Assembly: GCA_041640655.1 (NCBI GenBank)
Contig: JBEPZV010000003.1
Coordinates: forward strand, 90,369 to 154,368
DNA: 64,000 nucleotides
Direction of reading: 5' to 3'
DNA from: a bacterium
GTDB taxonomy: Bacteria > Acidobacteriota > Blastocatellia > HR10
Shown here: positions 29,684-39,750 of the stretch, piece after piece
Layout: each line of letters begins with the position of its first letter
Position numbering within the stretch: position 1 is the stretch's first letter
Notes under the pieces: generated by a model
Databases searched by the model: none
Seen by the model: only the letters and a program-made list of their open reading frames with translations
Told to the model about the DNA's origin: nothing
Translations under genes and position numbers: made by a program

Positions 29684-29943
29684 TGACTGAGGTGAACTGC
29701 GATCAGCTCCGCGCGGAGAAGACGCTCGACGTCCGAGGGCTCTTCAATCCGATTGATTGTCGGAGCCTCGGCGTCATCAAGCTCGCGCTCCAGGAGATGC
29801 GACCGGGGCAGGTCCTGGAAGTCTTGGCCAACCGGTTCCAGCAGCGCGAGATTCAGGCGTGGGTGCGGAAGTTCTCCCATCGCCTCCTGCGGGAGGTGGA
29901 TGAGCAGGGGCTGGTGAGGATCTACATCGAGAAAGGGCGCTGA
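29683..29943 (+). CDS. TusA/SirA-like sulfur carrier (atypical)
   Basis: TLDVRGL, ALQEMRPGQVLEVLA, IQAW...H.LL, RIYIEK; TGATG coupling with upstream gene. Confidence 0.8.
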   Translation: MTEVNCDQLRAEKTLDVRGLFNPIDCRSLGVIKLALQEMRPGQVLEVLANRFQQREIQAWVRKFSHRLLREVDEQGLVRIYIEKGR

Positions 29944-30041
29944 CGTGGACGACGCCTGTTGTCGGGGTATTGAGGACGCGCGCGGAGATCGAGAGGCTCT
30001 CGGTGAGGGAGGGGGCGTCTCCTCCATAAGGGGGTCGGCGG

Positions 30042-31463
30042 TCAGTCCTCCCAGTGCTCTTCTCCATCGAAATGGAGGACGAGCGGTTCGCCATCCACGA
30101 CCGTCTCCAAGTGCACGTCGCGTCCCCAGAGCTTGTAGACGTACTCCAGGGTCTTCTTGGCGTACTCAATGTCGAGTTCGATCCCCTCGTATCGGTGGCG
30201 CAGATAGAGCTCTCGGTTCCCGTTGTAATCCCCATCGAGCACTTCGATGACGGGGAAGCCGAAGTTCGTCATGTCGGCGACCATCTGGTCGCGCACGCGC
30301 TCCCAGGTCTTATCGGTGATCACCCATTCCTCTTCGTCCCGCAGCTCGAAGATGTAGAGATCCAAGTCTTCGACCAGTTGCCGGGTCAGGTAATTCCGGA
30401 TGAACGAGATGTCGTTCTCCAACTGGCGGACCTCGAAGATCTTCTCTCGCCCCTTCCCCGGTTCGCGTCCGAATTTCTCGATCTCTTCGGGAGTCGGATG
30501 ATCCCACCGCCGCTCGATGTCCTCGAAGATCTTGAACCCGACGTAGTAGGGATTGAGGCTCCCCTTGCGAGGGGAGACGACGGCCGCGTGCAACTGGGCG
30601 AATTCGACGAATTCTTCATCGCTGAGGTCCAGCTCCCGGAGGATGCGCGTGTGCCAGTAGCTGGCCCAGCCCTCGTTCATGATCTTCGTCTGCAGTTGGG
30701 GGACGAAATATTCCATCTCCTCGTGAATCATCGCCATGATGTCGCGCTGCCAGGGTTCCAACACCGGCGAGTGTGTCATGATGAAGCGCACCAGATCCTT
30801 CTCCGGTCGGGGGGGGATACGACGCAGCGCGTCCTCCTCTTCCTCCACCGTGGAGACCTTCTCCTTCTTCAGCTCATCCAGGGCGAAGAGGTCATCGTAC
30901 TTCCCGGGCTTGGGCGCGGGCGTCTTCGGCTTCTCCGGAGCCTCGGCGCGTTCCTCCCGGATGAAGAGATCGGGATTGATGTGCTCCTGGATCGAGAGTA
31001 CGGCATCGAGGAACTCTTCGACCGTCTTCCGCCCGTACTTGAACTCGTACTCGCGGATCCGCTCGGCGTGCGTCACCGCCTCGTCCACCATCCGACGGTT
31101 CGTGCGGGAGAAGTAGATGTTGTTCTTGAAGAAGTCCACGTGGGCGATCACGTGGGCGATGATCATCTTGTTCTGGATGAGGGAATTCCCTTCCAGGAGG
31201 AAGGCGTAGGCCGGATTCGCATTGATCACGACCTCGTAGAGCTTGGAGAGGCCCAGATCGTACATGAGCTTCATCTTATGATAGGCCTTGCCGAAACTCC
31301 AATGCGAGTAGCGTCCCGGCAGAGCGTAGGATCCGATCTCGTAGATCACCGTCGCCGGGACGATCTCGAAGTGGATGGGGAAGGGGTCCAGGCCCAGTTC
31401 GCACGCCTTCTCCCAGATCTGCTCGATCGCCTTCTCCAGGACCTTGATCTCCGCGTCGCTCAT
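30042..31463 (-). CDS. spoVR: SpoVR family protein
   Basis: [46 protein letters not shown]. Confidence 0.95.
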   Translation of the reverse strand: MSDAEIKVLEKAIEQIWEKACELGLDPFPIHFEIVPATVIYEIGSYALPGRYSHWSFGKAYHKMKLMYDLGLSKLYEVVINANPAYAFLLEGNSLIQNKMIIAHVIAHVDFFKNNIYFSRTNRRMVDEAVTHAERIREYEFKYGRKTVEEFLDAVLSIQEHINPDLFIREERAEAPEKPKTPAPKPGKYDDLFALDELKKEKVSTVEEEEDALRRIPPRPEKDLVRFIMTHSPVLEPWQRDIMAMIHEEMEYFVPQLQTKIMNEGWASYWHTRILRELDLSDEEFVEFAQLHAAVVSPRKGSLNPYYVGFKIFEDIERRWDHPTPEEIEKFGREPGKGREKIFEVRQLENDISFIRNYLTRQLVEDLDLYIFELRDEEEWVITDKTWERVRDQMVADMTNFGFPVIEVLDGDYNGNRELYLRHRYEGIELDIEYAKKTLEYVYKLWGRDVHLETVVDGEPLVLHFDGEEHWED

Positions 31464-32620
31464 ACGGTCTCTCCACGCCGACCGAAGAAGGCTTTCAGGG
31501 CCGGATAGACATCCTCTTTCCGATCGATCCGAACGCCCACGAAGCGATCCTTGTTCTTGAGGCGCTCGTTGAAGATGGAGAGCAGCGCGCCGCCGGAGCG
31601 CCGATAGCCAGCGTACTCCTCCTCGCCGATCTCGCCGTAGCCGAAGAGGTTGCAGGTGGCGATCAGCTCGTCAGCCAGGCGAACCGCCTCGTCATTGTCC
31701 GAGTAGTAGTTATCGCCGTCGGAGAAGTGGAAGGGATAGATGTTCCAGTCCTTGGGGTTGAACCGCTCGCGGATGATCTCCAGCGCGAGGCGATAGGCCG
31801 AGCTGACGACCGTGCCGCCCGATTCCCCTTGGGTGAAGAACTGCTCCTCGGTCACCTCCTTCGCCTCCGTGTGATGCGTGATGAAGACGACCTTCACGTT
31901 GTCGTATTTCGTCCGCAGGAAGCGCACCATCCAGAAGTAGAAGGAACGCGCGATGTACTTCTTGAACTCCCCCATGGAGCCGGAGACGTCCATCATGGCG
32001 ATGACGACGGCGTTGGTCTCGTAGCGGATCTCCTCATCCCAACTCTTGAAGCGCAGATCCTCCTTGCGCAGCGGACCGATTCGGGCCGTGCCCGTCTCCT
32101 TCGCCATGCGCTTCATGTTCTCCAAGAGCGTCCGGCGCTTATCGAGGTGGGGGAGGATGCCCGTCTTGCGCACTTCGCCGAAGCGAAGCTGGCGGGAGTG
32201 CACGGCCTGCTTGCTCTTCTCCTCCAGGTAGGGGAGTTCGAGGTCCTCGAAGATGAGCTTGGCGATCTCATCAATCTCGACCTCGGCTTCGTAGTAATCC
32301 ACGCCCGGCTGATCGCCCGCGCCAGGGCCGCGTCCGGGGCCCTGCCCCTCTCCCTCGCGCGCGATCACGTCGCCCACGCGGGAGCCGCCCGGGCCTTGCC
32401 CGACGTGCTTCTTCTTGCGGTAGTCGTATCGGAACTTGTACTCCTCCAGCGAGCGGATCGGGATGCGAATGGTCTTCTTCCCATCCGAGAGGATGATGGA
32501 CTCGTTGGCGACGATGGAGCCGAGATTCCTTCGAATCGCCTCGCGGACGCGCTCCTTATGGCGCTCCTGATCGAGGTATCCCTTACGTTGCAGCGACCAA
32601 TCATGCCGATGAACGAGCAT
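31460..32620 (-). CDS. yhbH: YhbH/YeaH (DUF444) protein
   Basis: [33 protein letters not shown]. Confidence 0.93.
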   Translation of the reverse strand: MLVHRHDWSLQRKGYLDQERHKERVREAIRRNLGSIVANESIILSDGKKTIRIPIRSLEEYKFRYDYRKKKHVGQGPGGSRVGDVIAREGEGQGPGRGPGAGDQPGVDYYEAEVEIDEIAKLIFEDLELPYLEEKSKQAVHSRQLRFGEVRKTGILPHLDKRRTLLENMKRMAKETGTARIGPLRKEDLRFKSWDEEIRYETNAVVIAMMDVSGSMGEFKKYIARSFYFWMVRFLRTKYDNVKVVFITHHTEAKEVTEEQFFTQGESGGTVVSSAYRLALEIIRERFNPKDWNIYPFHFSDGDNYYSDNDEAVRLADELIATCNLFGYGEIGEEEYAGYRRSGGALLSIFNERLKNKDRFVGVRIDRKEDVYPALKAFFGRRGETV

Positions 32621-32664
32621 CGGACATCCTCCCCACGGGCGCGCGCGAGGGGCCCGACGCGCCC

Positions 32665-34599
32665 TCAGGCTCGCGAGAGCAAGGAGCCGACGTAGTTGAG
32701 CAGCTCATTGGCGCACACGGAGCAGTAGCCGTGTTCCCGAATCAACCGATCAATCACCTCGTTGAGGCGTCGGAGCTGATCCGGATCGGCCGTCTTGCTC
32801 GTCGTCGTGATGCGCACGACGTCCTTCAGATCGGCGAAGATCTTCTTCTCGATGGCCTCGCGCAGCCGCTCGTGCGACCGGTAATCGAAGGTCCGCCCCT
32901 TGCGCGCGTAGCTGGAGATGCGGATCAGGATCTCCTGCCGGAAGGCATTCTTCGCGTTCTCGGAGATGCCGATCTGCTCCTCGATCGAGCGCATCAGTTT
33001 CTCATCGGGCTCGACCTCCTCCTCCGTGATCGGGTCCTTGAGCTTCTCCTTATTGCAATAGGCCTCGACGTTATCCAGATATTTATCGCAGAGGGTGCGG
33101 GCCATCTCCTCGAAGGAGTAGACGAAAGCGCGCTGGACCTCATTCTTGGCGATCTCATCATATTCTTTCCGCACCATAGCGATGAGGTTCAGGTAGCGCT
33201 CGCGATCCTCGGCGGAGATGCCCGTATGTTGATCGAAGCCGTCGCGGATGGCGCGCAGCGCATCAATGGGGGTCAGGCAGGTGATCCCATCGCGCACGAG
33301 GGCGCTGGAGAGCCGATTGATGATGTAGCGGGGCGAGATCCCCTCCATCCCCTCCCGCTCGGCCTCCTCGCGCAGCTCCTTCACGTCTTTGGCCTTGAAG
33401 TCGTCCACGTCCTGACCATCGTAGAGCTTCATCTTCTTGATGAGGTCGATGTTCTGGCGCTTGGAGGGTTGCAACCGCGTGAGGACGGCGAACATGGCGG
33501 CCACTCGCAGCGTGTAGGGCGCGATGTGCACGTGCTTGGGTGCTTCGCTCTGATCGAGCAACTTCTTGTAGATCTTCTCCTCGTCGGATATGCGCAGATT
33601 ATACGGCACGCGGATCACGATGATGCGGTCCTGCAGAGCCTCGTTCTTCTTGTTCGCCACGAAGGCGTTGTACTCGTTCTCGTTCGTGTGCGAGATGATG
33701 ACCTCGTCGGCGTAGATCATGGCGAAGCGACCGGTCTTGATGGACTGCTCCTGCGAGAGCGTGAGCAAGCTGTAGAGGAACTTCTCGTCGCATTTGAGCA
33801 TCTCGATGAACTCCATGATGCCGCGGTTGGCGATGTTCAGCTCCCCATCGAAGCGATAGGCGCGGGGATCGGACTCCACGCCGACTTCGCCGATAACGGC
33901 CAGATCCACCGATCCCGTCAGCTCCGTGATGTCCTGGCTCTTGGGGTCGGACGGGGAGAAGGTCCCAATGCCGATGCGCTCCTTCTCGGAGAAGACGATA
34001 CGCTCGACCAGGACGTCCTCGTGTCGCCCGTGGTAGACGTGTTCGAGGTTGTACTGGCAGCGGGGACAGAGATCGCCCTCGATGTAGATCCCGTAGTGGC
34101 GCTCGATCTCCGGGCGCAGATCGTGCGGGATCAGATGCAACGGCTCCTCGTGCATGGGACATCCCTTGATCCCGTAGAGGGCGCCCTCATCGGTGCGCGT
34201 GTACTGCTCCAGCCCGCGCTTGAGCAGGGTGACGATCGTGGACTTGCCGCCGCCCACCGGCCCCATCAGCAGCAGAATGCGCTTGCGCACCTCCAGGCGT
34301 TGCGCGGCCGACTTGAAGTACTCGACGATCTTCTCGATCGCCTCGTCAATGCCGAACAACTCCTTGGAGAAGAACTTGTACCGCGTGACCTCGTTGGGCT
34401 GCCCCTCGTTGATCTTCTCCACGCCGGCGGCCAGGATCATATCGCAGATGCGCGCGTGCGCCAGGCGGGCGATCTTGGGGTTCTGCGTCACCAGCTCGAA
34501 GTACTCGCGGAAGGTGCCCTCCCATCGGAGCTTCTCCCGCTCCCGGCGGTGTCGTTCCAGAAGCTCGGCGATGTTCAGCTTCTTGTTCTTCTCCTCCAT
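32665..34599 (-). CDS. prkA: PrkA/YeaG family AAA serine protein kinase
   Basis: LMGPVGGGKS, CPMHEEPL, DPRAY.FDGELNIANRG, HTNENEY. Confidence 0.95.
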   Translation of the reverse strand: MEEKNKKLNIAELLERHRREREKLRWEGTFREYFELVTQNPKIARLAHARICDMILAAGVEKINEGQPNEVTRYKFFSKELFGIDEAIEKIVEYFKSAAQRLEVRKRILLLMGPVGGGKSTIVTLLKRGLEQYTRTDEGALYGIKGCPMHEEPLHLIPHDLRPEIERHYGIYIEGDLCPRCQYNLEHVYHGRHEDVLVERIVFSEKERIGIGTFSPSDPKSQDITELTGSVDLAVIGEVGVESDPRAYRFDGELNIANRGIMEFIEMLKCDEKFLYSLLTLSQEQSIKTGRFAMIYADEVIISHTNENEYNAFVANKKNEALQDRIIVIRVPYNLRISDEEKIYKKLLDQSEAPKHVHIAPYTLRVAAMFAVLTRLQPSKRQNIDLIKKMKLYDGQDVDDFKAKDVKELREEAEREGMEGISPRYIINRLSSALVRDGITCLTPIDALRAIRDGFDQHTGISAEDRERYLNLIAMVRKEYDEIAKNEVQRAFVYSFEEMARTLCDKYLDNVEAYCNKEKLKDPITEEEVEPDEKLMRSIEEQIGISENAKNAFRQEILIRISSYARKGRTFDYRSHERLREAIEKKIFADLKDVVRITTTSKTADPDQLRRLNEVIDRLIREHGYCSVCANELLNYVGSLLSRA

Positions 34600-34791
34600 A
34601 GCCTGCCCTCCTCGCCCTTCCCCGCTCGGGGAGAACGGGTGGACGTCTCCTGAAGAAAAAAATTCCGGATGTCCAAAGAGCGATTGGTTTGGTCTCGGTC
34701 CCAAAGATCGGCGTGTGTGTCCCGCTGTCCGCGAATTCGTCAATCAGCGCTTGGCATGCTCAGGCTCGACGCGCGAGCCTGATCGCCGGTT

Positions 34792-34820
34792 AGTATACCT
34801 GAAATCCGCTCACGGCTCAA
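34792..34820 (-). promoter_or_regulatory. Sigma70-type promoter for prkA operon
   Basis: TTGAGC-17 nt-TATACT overlapping the truB 3' end. Confidence 0.5.
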
Positions 34821-35733
34821 GAACCACGCAGGGCTGAATCACCCCGCGTTCGGGCCGACTCTCGCCCACGGCCACCAGGTGCTCGCGGTCATCCAGGAGT
34901 CGGATGTAAGTCCGCTGCTGGATCCCTCGTCCGGGGATCGCTTGTCCGTGGCGCACGCGTTGCAGGTCGGGCTCCGAGAGTCGAAGCGTGGGGAGGTCCG
35001 GCAGTGCCTCAGCGAGCGGGATGAGCACTTCGGCGGCCCGGCCCGCGCGGGCGAGCGCCTCGAAGGCGTCCAGCGGCAGCGCGCGCGCCAGTGTGAACTC
35101 TCCGACGGCCGTCCGCACGAGCCCATGCAGGTACGCTCCGCATCCCAGGCGCTGTCCGATGTCGTGCGCGAGGGCGCGCACATAGGTCCCCGCCGAACAG
35201 CGCACGCGGATGGTGAACTCCGCCGTCCCATCCGCGAAGCGCCGAAGCATCGCCCCGTCATCCTCCACGAGCTCCAGCGCCTCGATCCGCACGCGGATGG
35301 GGGAGCGCTCGACGGACTGACCCCGTCGCGCCAGTTTGTAGAGGCGGACGCCCTCCTTCTTCTTGGCCGAGTACATCGGGGGGATTTGCTCATATTCTCC
35401 CCGAAATTCCGCGAGCACGCGTTCGAGGTCCGCTTCCGAGATCTGCGAGGTGTCGCACACAGGCGTCGTGGGCTTTCCCGTCGCGTCGTAGGTATCGGTG
35501 GCGAAGCCCAGCCGCACGCGCGCGCGATACTCCTTGTCTCGCGCCATGAGGAAGCGTTGCAGTCGCGTGGCTTTCCCCACGCAGAGCACCAGGACGCCCG
35601 TGGCGATCGGGTCCAACGTCCCCGTGTGTCCCACGCGCTTCATCCGCAGCGCGCGCCGCACGCGCTGGACGACGTCGTGCGAGGTCAGCCCGACCGGCTT
35701 ATCAATGACCACGAGGCCGTGCAGCTCCATCAT
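34810..35733 (-). CDS. truB: tRNA pseudouridine(55) synthase
   Basis: DKP.GLTSHDVV, GHTGTLDP, PPMYSA.K, CSAGTYVR. Confidence 0.96.
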   Translation of the reverse strand: MMELHGLVVIDKPVGLTSHDVVQRVRRALRMKRVGHTGTLDPIATGVLVLCVGKATRLQRFLMARDKEYRARVRLGFATDTYDATGKPTTPVCDTSQISEADLERVLAEFRGEYEQIPPMYSAKKKEGVRLYKLARRGQSVERSPIRVRIEALELVEDDGAMLRRFADGTAEFTIRVRCSAGTYVRALAHDIGQRLGCGAYLHGLVRTAVGEFTLARALPLDAFEALARAGRAAEVLIPLAEALPDLPTLRLSEPDLQRVRHGQAIPGRGIQQRTYIRLLDDREHLVAVGESRPERGVIQPCVVLEP

Positions 35734-37241
35734 CCGTTCGCTCGTTCTCGAGAGATCACGCGCACGCCCTTTCGCCAATCCTCCGCAATCCCAATTTTAT
35801 AGACGGGGACGCGCGGGTCAATCCAGCGCGCCACCAGATCGAAGGTGGGGTGAAAGCGCAGCAGCGGCGCGATGATGAAGAGGAGCGCTGGCCGATCGGC
35901 GATCTCCAGGCCCGGGAAATAGCCGCGTCGTGTCAGGTCGCCCCGTCGGCGATACCACTCGATCCGCAGCCAATAGTCAACGGCTTGCATGGGCACTTCC
36001 GCATCCTCCTCCACTTTCAGCTCCAGGAGCGCGAGTTGCCGCTCATCGGTGATTCCGAGCAGATCCACGAGCCCGTAGCCTTCGTCGCCGGAGATCGGGA
36101 CCTGCGGATAGAGGAAGCGTGGATCGAGCCGCGCGTCCACGCGGCGCACATCTTCGCGGACCAGCTCCTCCAGCCATCGCTCGGCTTGGAGGCGGTAGAA
36201 GGGATGCGCCTTCTCCCCGCTCTCCGGATGGCGAATGCGCGCCACTTCATGCACGAAGCGCGCGAACGCTTCCCAATCCTCGCGCAGCGCCTGCTTCTTG
36301 GCGCCGACGCCGAACTGCAGGCCCGCGCGCGAGAGGCGCGCGATCTCCAGCCCGCGCAGGCGCAGCGATTCCACGGGGGATCCCGGACGCCGATAGACGC
36401 GCAGCAGTCCCGGCGCCAGTCCGAGCGCGCGATCCCGCAATGGATGCGGCGGGAGTTCGCCGACGGCGCGGGGGAGTCGCAGCGCGCGCGGATCAAAGAG
36501 CATCCCTTGATCGAAGGGCGTCACCGCCGCGAGCGTGCCGCGTCGCTCGTCCACTTCGTACAGCTCGATGTGCCGATCCGCGCGGCGCAGGACGGTCAGG
36601 CGCCGCGCGAGAGTCTCCGTCCTTCCGGCGGGCGCCAGCAGCAGGAGTCGCCGCGCATCCGCCCCTCGCGGAGACGTCGTCGCACATTCCCACCAGATCA
36701 CGCCGGCGGTCACCAGACCATCCACGTGCGCCTGCGGCTCGCCCGAATTCACGGCGACGGCGATCACGCGCTCCCCGCCGCGCGTCAGGATCATTCTCGT
36801 GTAGATGCCCGAGAGGTGTCGCGCATCATCGCGATGAGTCGCCGCGTACTCGATGCGCGCGCCCCACTGCTGCTCGATCATCCGGCAGATCGTGGATTCA
36901 AAGGCGCGCCGTCGCTCGCGCGCTGCCTCCTCCGCCGGGGCCTCCACCGGATGAATCTCCAGCGTGCTCGGATGCTGTCGCGGAGGCCGTGCCAGCCGCA
37001 GGATCACGCGGTCCTCTCGGATGGCGTAGGCCTCGATCCGCCAACATTCGGAGAAATCCTCGCCCCAGAGCGTGAGGATCAACTTCCCGAAGGCCGGCGC
37101 GATCACGATCTGCTCCCCGCGCGCCCGCATGAGCGGCCATCCATCAAGTCGGCAGATCCATTCCGACCGACGCGCGAGGAACGCCGAGAGATCGTACTGA
37201 GCGCGGGCGAGATCGGAGATCGTCGTGAGATCGCACCTCAT
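35730..37241 (-). CDS. Hypothetical protein with C-terminal PD-(D/E)XK nuclease-like domain
   Basis: ERWLE...VDLLG...LALLELK...QAVDYW. Confidence 0.7.
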   Translation of the reverse strand: MRCDLTTISDLARAQYDLSAFLARRSEWICRLDGWPLMRARGEQIVIAPAFGKLILTLWGEDFSECWRIEAYAIREDRVILRLARPPRQHPSTLEIHPVEAPAEEAARERRRAFESTICRMIEQQWGARIEYAATHRDDARHLSGIYTRMILTRGGERVIAVAVNSGEPQAHVDGLVTAGVIWWECATTSPRGADARRLLLLAPAGRTETLARRLTVLRRADRHIELYEVDERRGTLAAVTPFDQGMLFDPRALRLPRAVGELPPHPLRDRALGLAPGLLRVYRRPGSPVESLRLRGLEIARLSRAGLQFGVGAKKQALREDWEAFARFVHEVARIRHPESGEKAHPFYRLQAERWLEELVREDVRRVDARLDPRFLYPQVPISGDEGYGLVDLLGITDERQLALLELKVEEDAEVPMQAVDYWLRIEWYRRRGDLTRRGYFPGLEIADRPALLFIIAPLLRFHPTFDLVARWIDPRVPVYKIGIAEDWRKGVRVISRERANG

Positions 37242-37280
37242 GGGAGAACAGTAGCGACGCGGCGGCCGGCGTCGCGCGCC

Positions 37281-39749
37281 TCACGGTCGCGCCGCCGTCG
37301 AGGAAGAGACCGCCGATTCCGCGATGTCCTCGTGCGGCACGGCTTCGCGATACGCGCATTCCTGCCGGTGGCAATAGTGAATGCGTCCGCCTCGTCGCGT
37401 CATCTTCTCGAGCACGAAGGGGCTCCCGCATTGCGGACAGGCGCGGTTCACCGGACGATCCCAGACGGTGAAGGTGCAATCGGGATACGCGCTGCATCCG
37501 TAGAAGAGGCGGCCGCGACGCGAACGTCGGACGACCAACTCACCGCGGCATTCGGGTCTCGGGCAGGGAATCCCGAGGGTCTCCGCTTTGACGTACGAGC
37601 AAGCCGGTCGCCGGCTGCAGGCGATGTATTCGCCGTATGGCCCCTGCCGCAGCAGAAGAGGAGCGCCGCATTCCGGGCACGCCTCCTCAAGCACGCGATC
37701 GGGAGCCGCCAATTGTCCGTCTCGCCCAATGCGCCGCGTGTTCGTGCACTCCGGATATCCTGAGCAGGCGAGGAATTGTCCGAATCGGCTCCGGCGCCGC
37801 ACCATCTTCCGACCACACTTGTCGCAGATGACCTCGGTCTCCTCTTCCGAGAGATTTTGCGTCGCCCCGCAGGAGGGACAGGCCAGAAACGGCCCGTAGC
37901 GACCGACTTTCTTCACCATGAGCGTCCCGCACTGCGGGCATACTCGGTCGGTCTCGACCCCCTTGCGCACGTCCTCCATCTGCTGCTCGGCGCGCGCCAG
38001 ATCCGCGGCGAACTTCTGGTAGAAGTCCTTGAGGACCTTCACCCAGCTCACGCGCCCCTCCTCGACCTTATCCAGCTCCTCCTCCATCGCCGCCGTGTAC
38101 TCCACGTCGAAGATGTCCGTGAAGTTCTCCACGAGCAGGTCGCACACGAGCCGGCCCAGTTCGGTCGGCTTGAAGCGGCCCTGCACCTTCTGCACGTAAT
38201 CGCGGTCCTGGATGATGCTCAGAATCTGCGCGTAGGTGGAGGGGCGCCCGATGCCATTCTCTTCAAGAGCCTTGACGAGTGAAGCTTCCGTATAGCGGGG
38301 CGGCGGTTGCGTGAAATGTTGCTCCGGCAGCAACTCCAGGAGCGTCAATCGCTCCCCCACCGTCACCTTGGGCAAGGTGGCTGCGGCGTCTTCGTCCTCC
38401 TCGTCCTCTTTCTCCTCCTTGGCCTCCTCGTAGACGGTGAGGAAGCCCGGGAACGTGAGCACTGAGCCCGTCGCGCGAAGGCCGAATTCGCCCGCTTGAA
38501 TCTCGATGACCGTCTGATCGAAGAGCGCGGGCTTCATCTGCGAGGCGACGAACCGTTGCCAGATGAGCTTGTAGAGCGCCAACTCGTCGCGGCTGAGGTA
38601 CGGGGCGACCTGTTCGGGCGTGCGGAAGACCGACGTCGGACGGATGGCCTCGTGGGCATCCTGCGCATCCTTCTTCGTGCGGTAGACGTGCGGCTCCTCG
38701 GGCAGGAACGCCGAGCCATACTGCTCGGCGATGAAGCGGCGCACTTCGGCGAGCGCCGCGTCCGAGACGCGCGTCGAATCCGTCCGCATATAGGTGATGA
38801 GCCCGACGCTCCCCTCGGGCCCCAACTCGACCCCTTCGTAGAGCTTCTGCGCGATGTTCATCGTCTTCTTCACCGAGAAGCGCAGTCGGCGTGCCGCCTC
38901 CTGTTGCAGCTTGCTCGTCGTGAACGGTGGAGCGGGATTTCGCTTCTTCTCTTTCTTCTGGACGGCGGTGACGAGGAACTCGCTCGCAGTGAGCTGCTCG
39001 CTGAGCGCCCGGGCCTCCGCTTCCGTTCGGATGTGCCATTCGTTCGGGCGGACCCCTTCCTCGAAGGCGCTCGTTTTGATGCTCCGCTCGCCGATGCGGA
39101 CCAACTGGGCCACAAACGGCGGGGGCTCCGCAGCCGAGAGGCGAGCGCGAATCGTCCAATACTCGGTCGGGACGAACCGCTCGATCTCCCGCTCGCGTTC
39201 GACGATCAAGCGCAGGGCGACCGATTGCACGCGCCCAGCCGAGAGGCCGCGGCGCACTTTCTTCCACAGCAGCGGACTCACCAGGTAGCCGACGAGCCGA
39301 TCCAGGATGCGCCGCGCTTGCTGCGCTTCGACCTTGTTGCGGTCAATCTCCCCGGGTTGCTGAAAAGCCGCGCGCACGGCCTGCGGTGTGATCTCGTGAA
39401 AGAGGACGCGGTAGACCGGCTTCTTCTCGCGCGGGCCGACCAGCTCTTCCTTCAGATGCTGGCAGATGGCCTCCCCCTCGCGATCGGGATCGGCCGCCAG
39501 ATAGATCGCCTCGGCCTCGCGCGCCGCGCGCTTGAGTTCGGCCAGGATCCGCCGGTTGTTCTTCTTGATCTCGTCGGGGATGATGACGTAGGTCGGGCGA
39601 AAATCGTTCTCGATGTCCACGCCCAATTCTTTCTCGGGCAGGTCCTTGATATGCCCGACCGAGGCCATGACGGTGAAGTCGCGGCCCAAGTATTTGTTGA
39701 TCGTCTTGGCCTTGGCGGGCGATTCGACGATGACGAGTTTCTTGGCCAT
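37281..39749 (-). CDS. topA: DNA topoisomerase I
   Basis: IVESPAKAKTI, DPDREGE, SAGRVQS, ITYMRTDS, GIGRPSTY, C-terminal zinc ribbons. Confidence 0.98.
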   Translation of the reverse strand: MAKKLVIVESPAKAKTINKYLGRDFTVMASVGHIKDLPEKELGVDIENDFRPTYVIIPDEIKKNNRRILAELKRAAREAEAIYLAADPDREGEAICQHLKEELVGPREKKPVYRVLFHEITPQAVRAAFQQPGEIDRNKVEAQQARRILDRLVGYLVSPLLWKKVRRGLSAGRVQSVALRLIVEREREIERFVPTEYWTIRARLSAAEPPPFVAQLVRIGERSIKTSAFEEGVRPNEWHIRTEAEARALSEQLTASEFLVTAVQKKEKKRNPAPPFTTSKLQQEAARRLRFSVKKTMNIAQKLYEGVELGPEGSVGLITYMRTDSTRVSDAALAEVRRFIAEQYGSAFLPEEPHVYRTKKDAQDAHEAIRPTSVFRTPEQVAPYLSRDELALYKLIWQRFVASQMKPALFDQTVIEIQAGEFGLRATGSVLTFPGFLTVYEEAKEEKEDEEDEDAAATLPKVTVGERLTLLELLPEQHFTQPPPRYTEASLVKALEENGIGRPSTYAQILSIIQDRDYVQKVQGRFKPTELGRLVCDLLVENFTDIFDVEYTAAMEEELDKVEEGRVSWVKVLKDFYQKFAADLARAEQQMEDVRKGVETDRVCPQCGTLMVKKVGRYGPFLACPSCGATQNLSEEETEVICDKCGRKMVRRRSRFGQFLACSGYPECTNTRRIGRDGQLAAPDRVLEEACPECGAPLLLRQGPYGEYIACSRRPACSYVKAETLGIPCPRPECRGELVVRRSRRGRLFYGCSAYPDCTFTVWDRPVNRACPQCGSPFVLEKMTRRGGRIHYCHRQECAYREAVPHEDIAESAVSSSTAARP

Positions 39750-39750
39750 C

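Noticed and set aside
30042..34599. spoVR/yhbH/prkA and spoIIM as evidence of sporulation
   Set aside because: These families are widespread in non-sporulating bacteria, and the window encodes lipid A synthesis.
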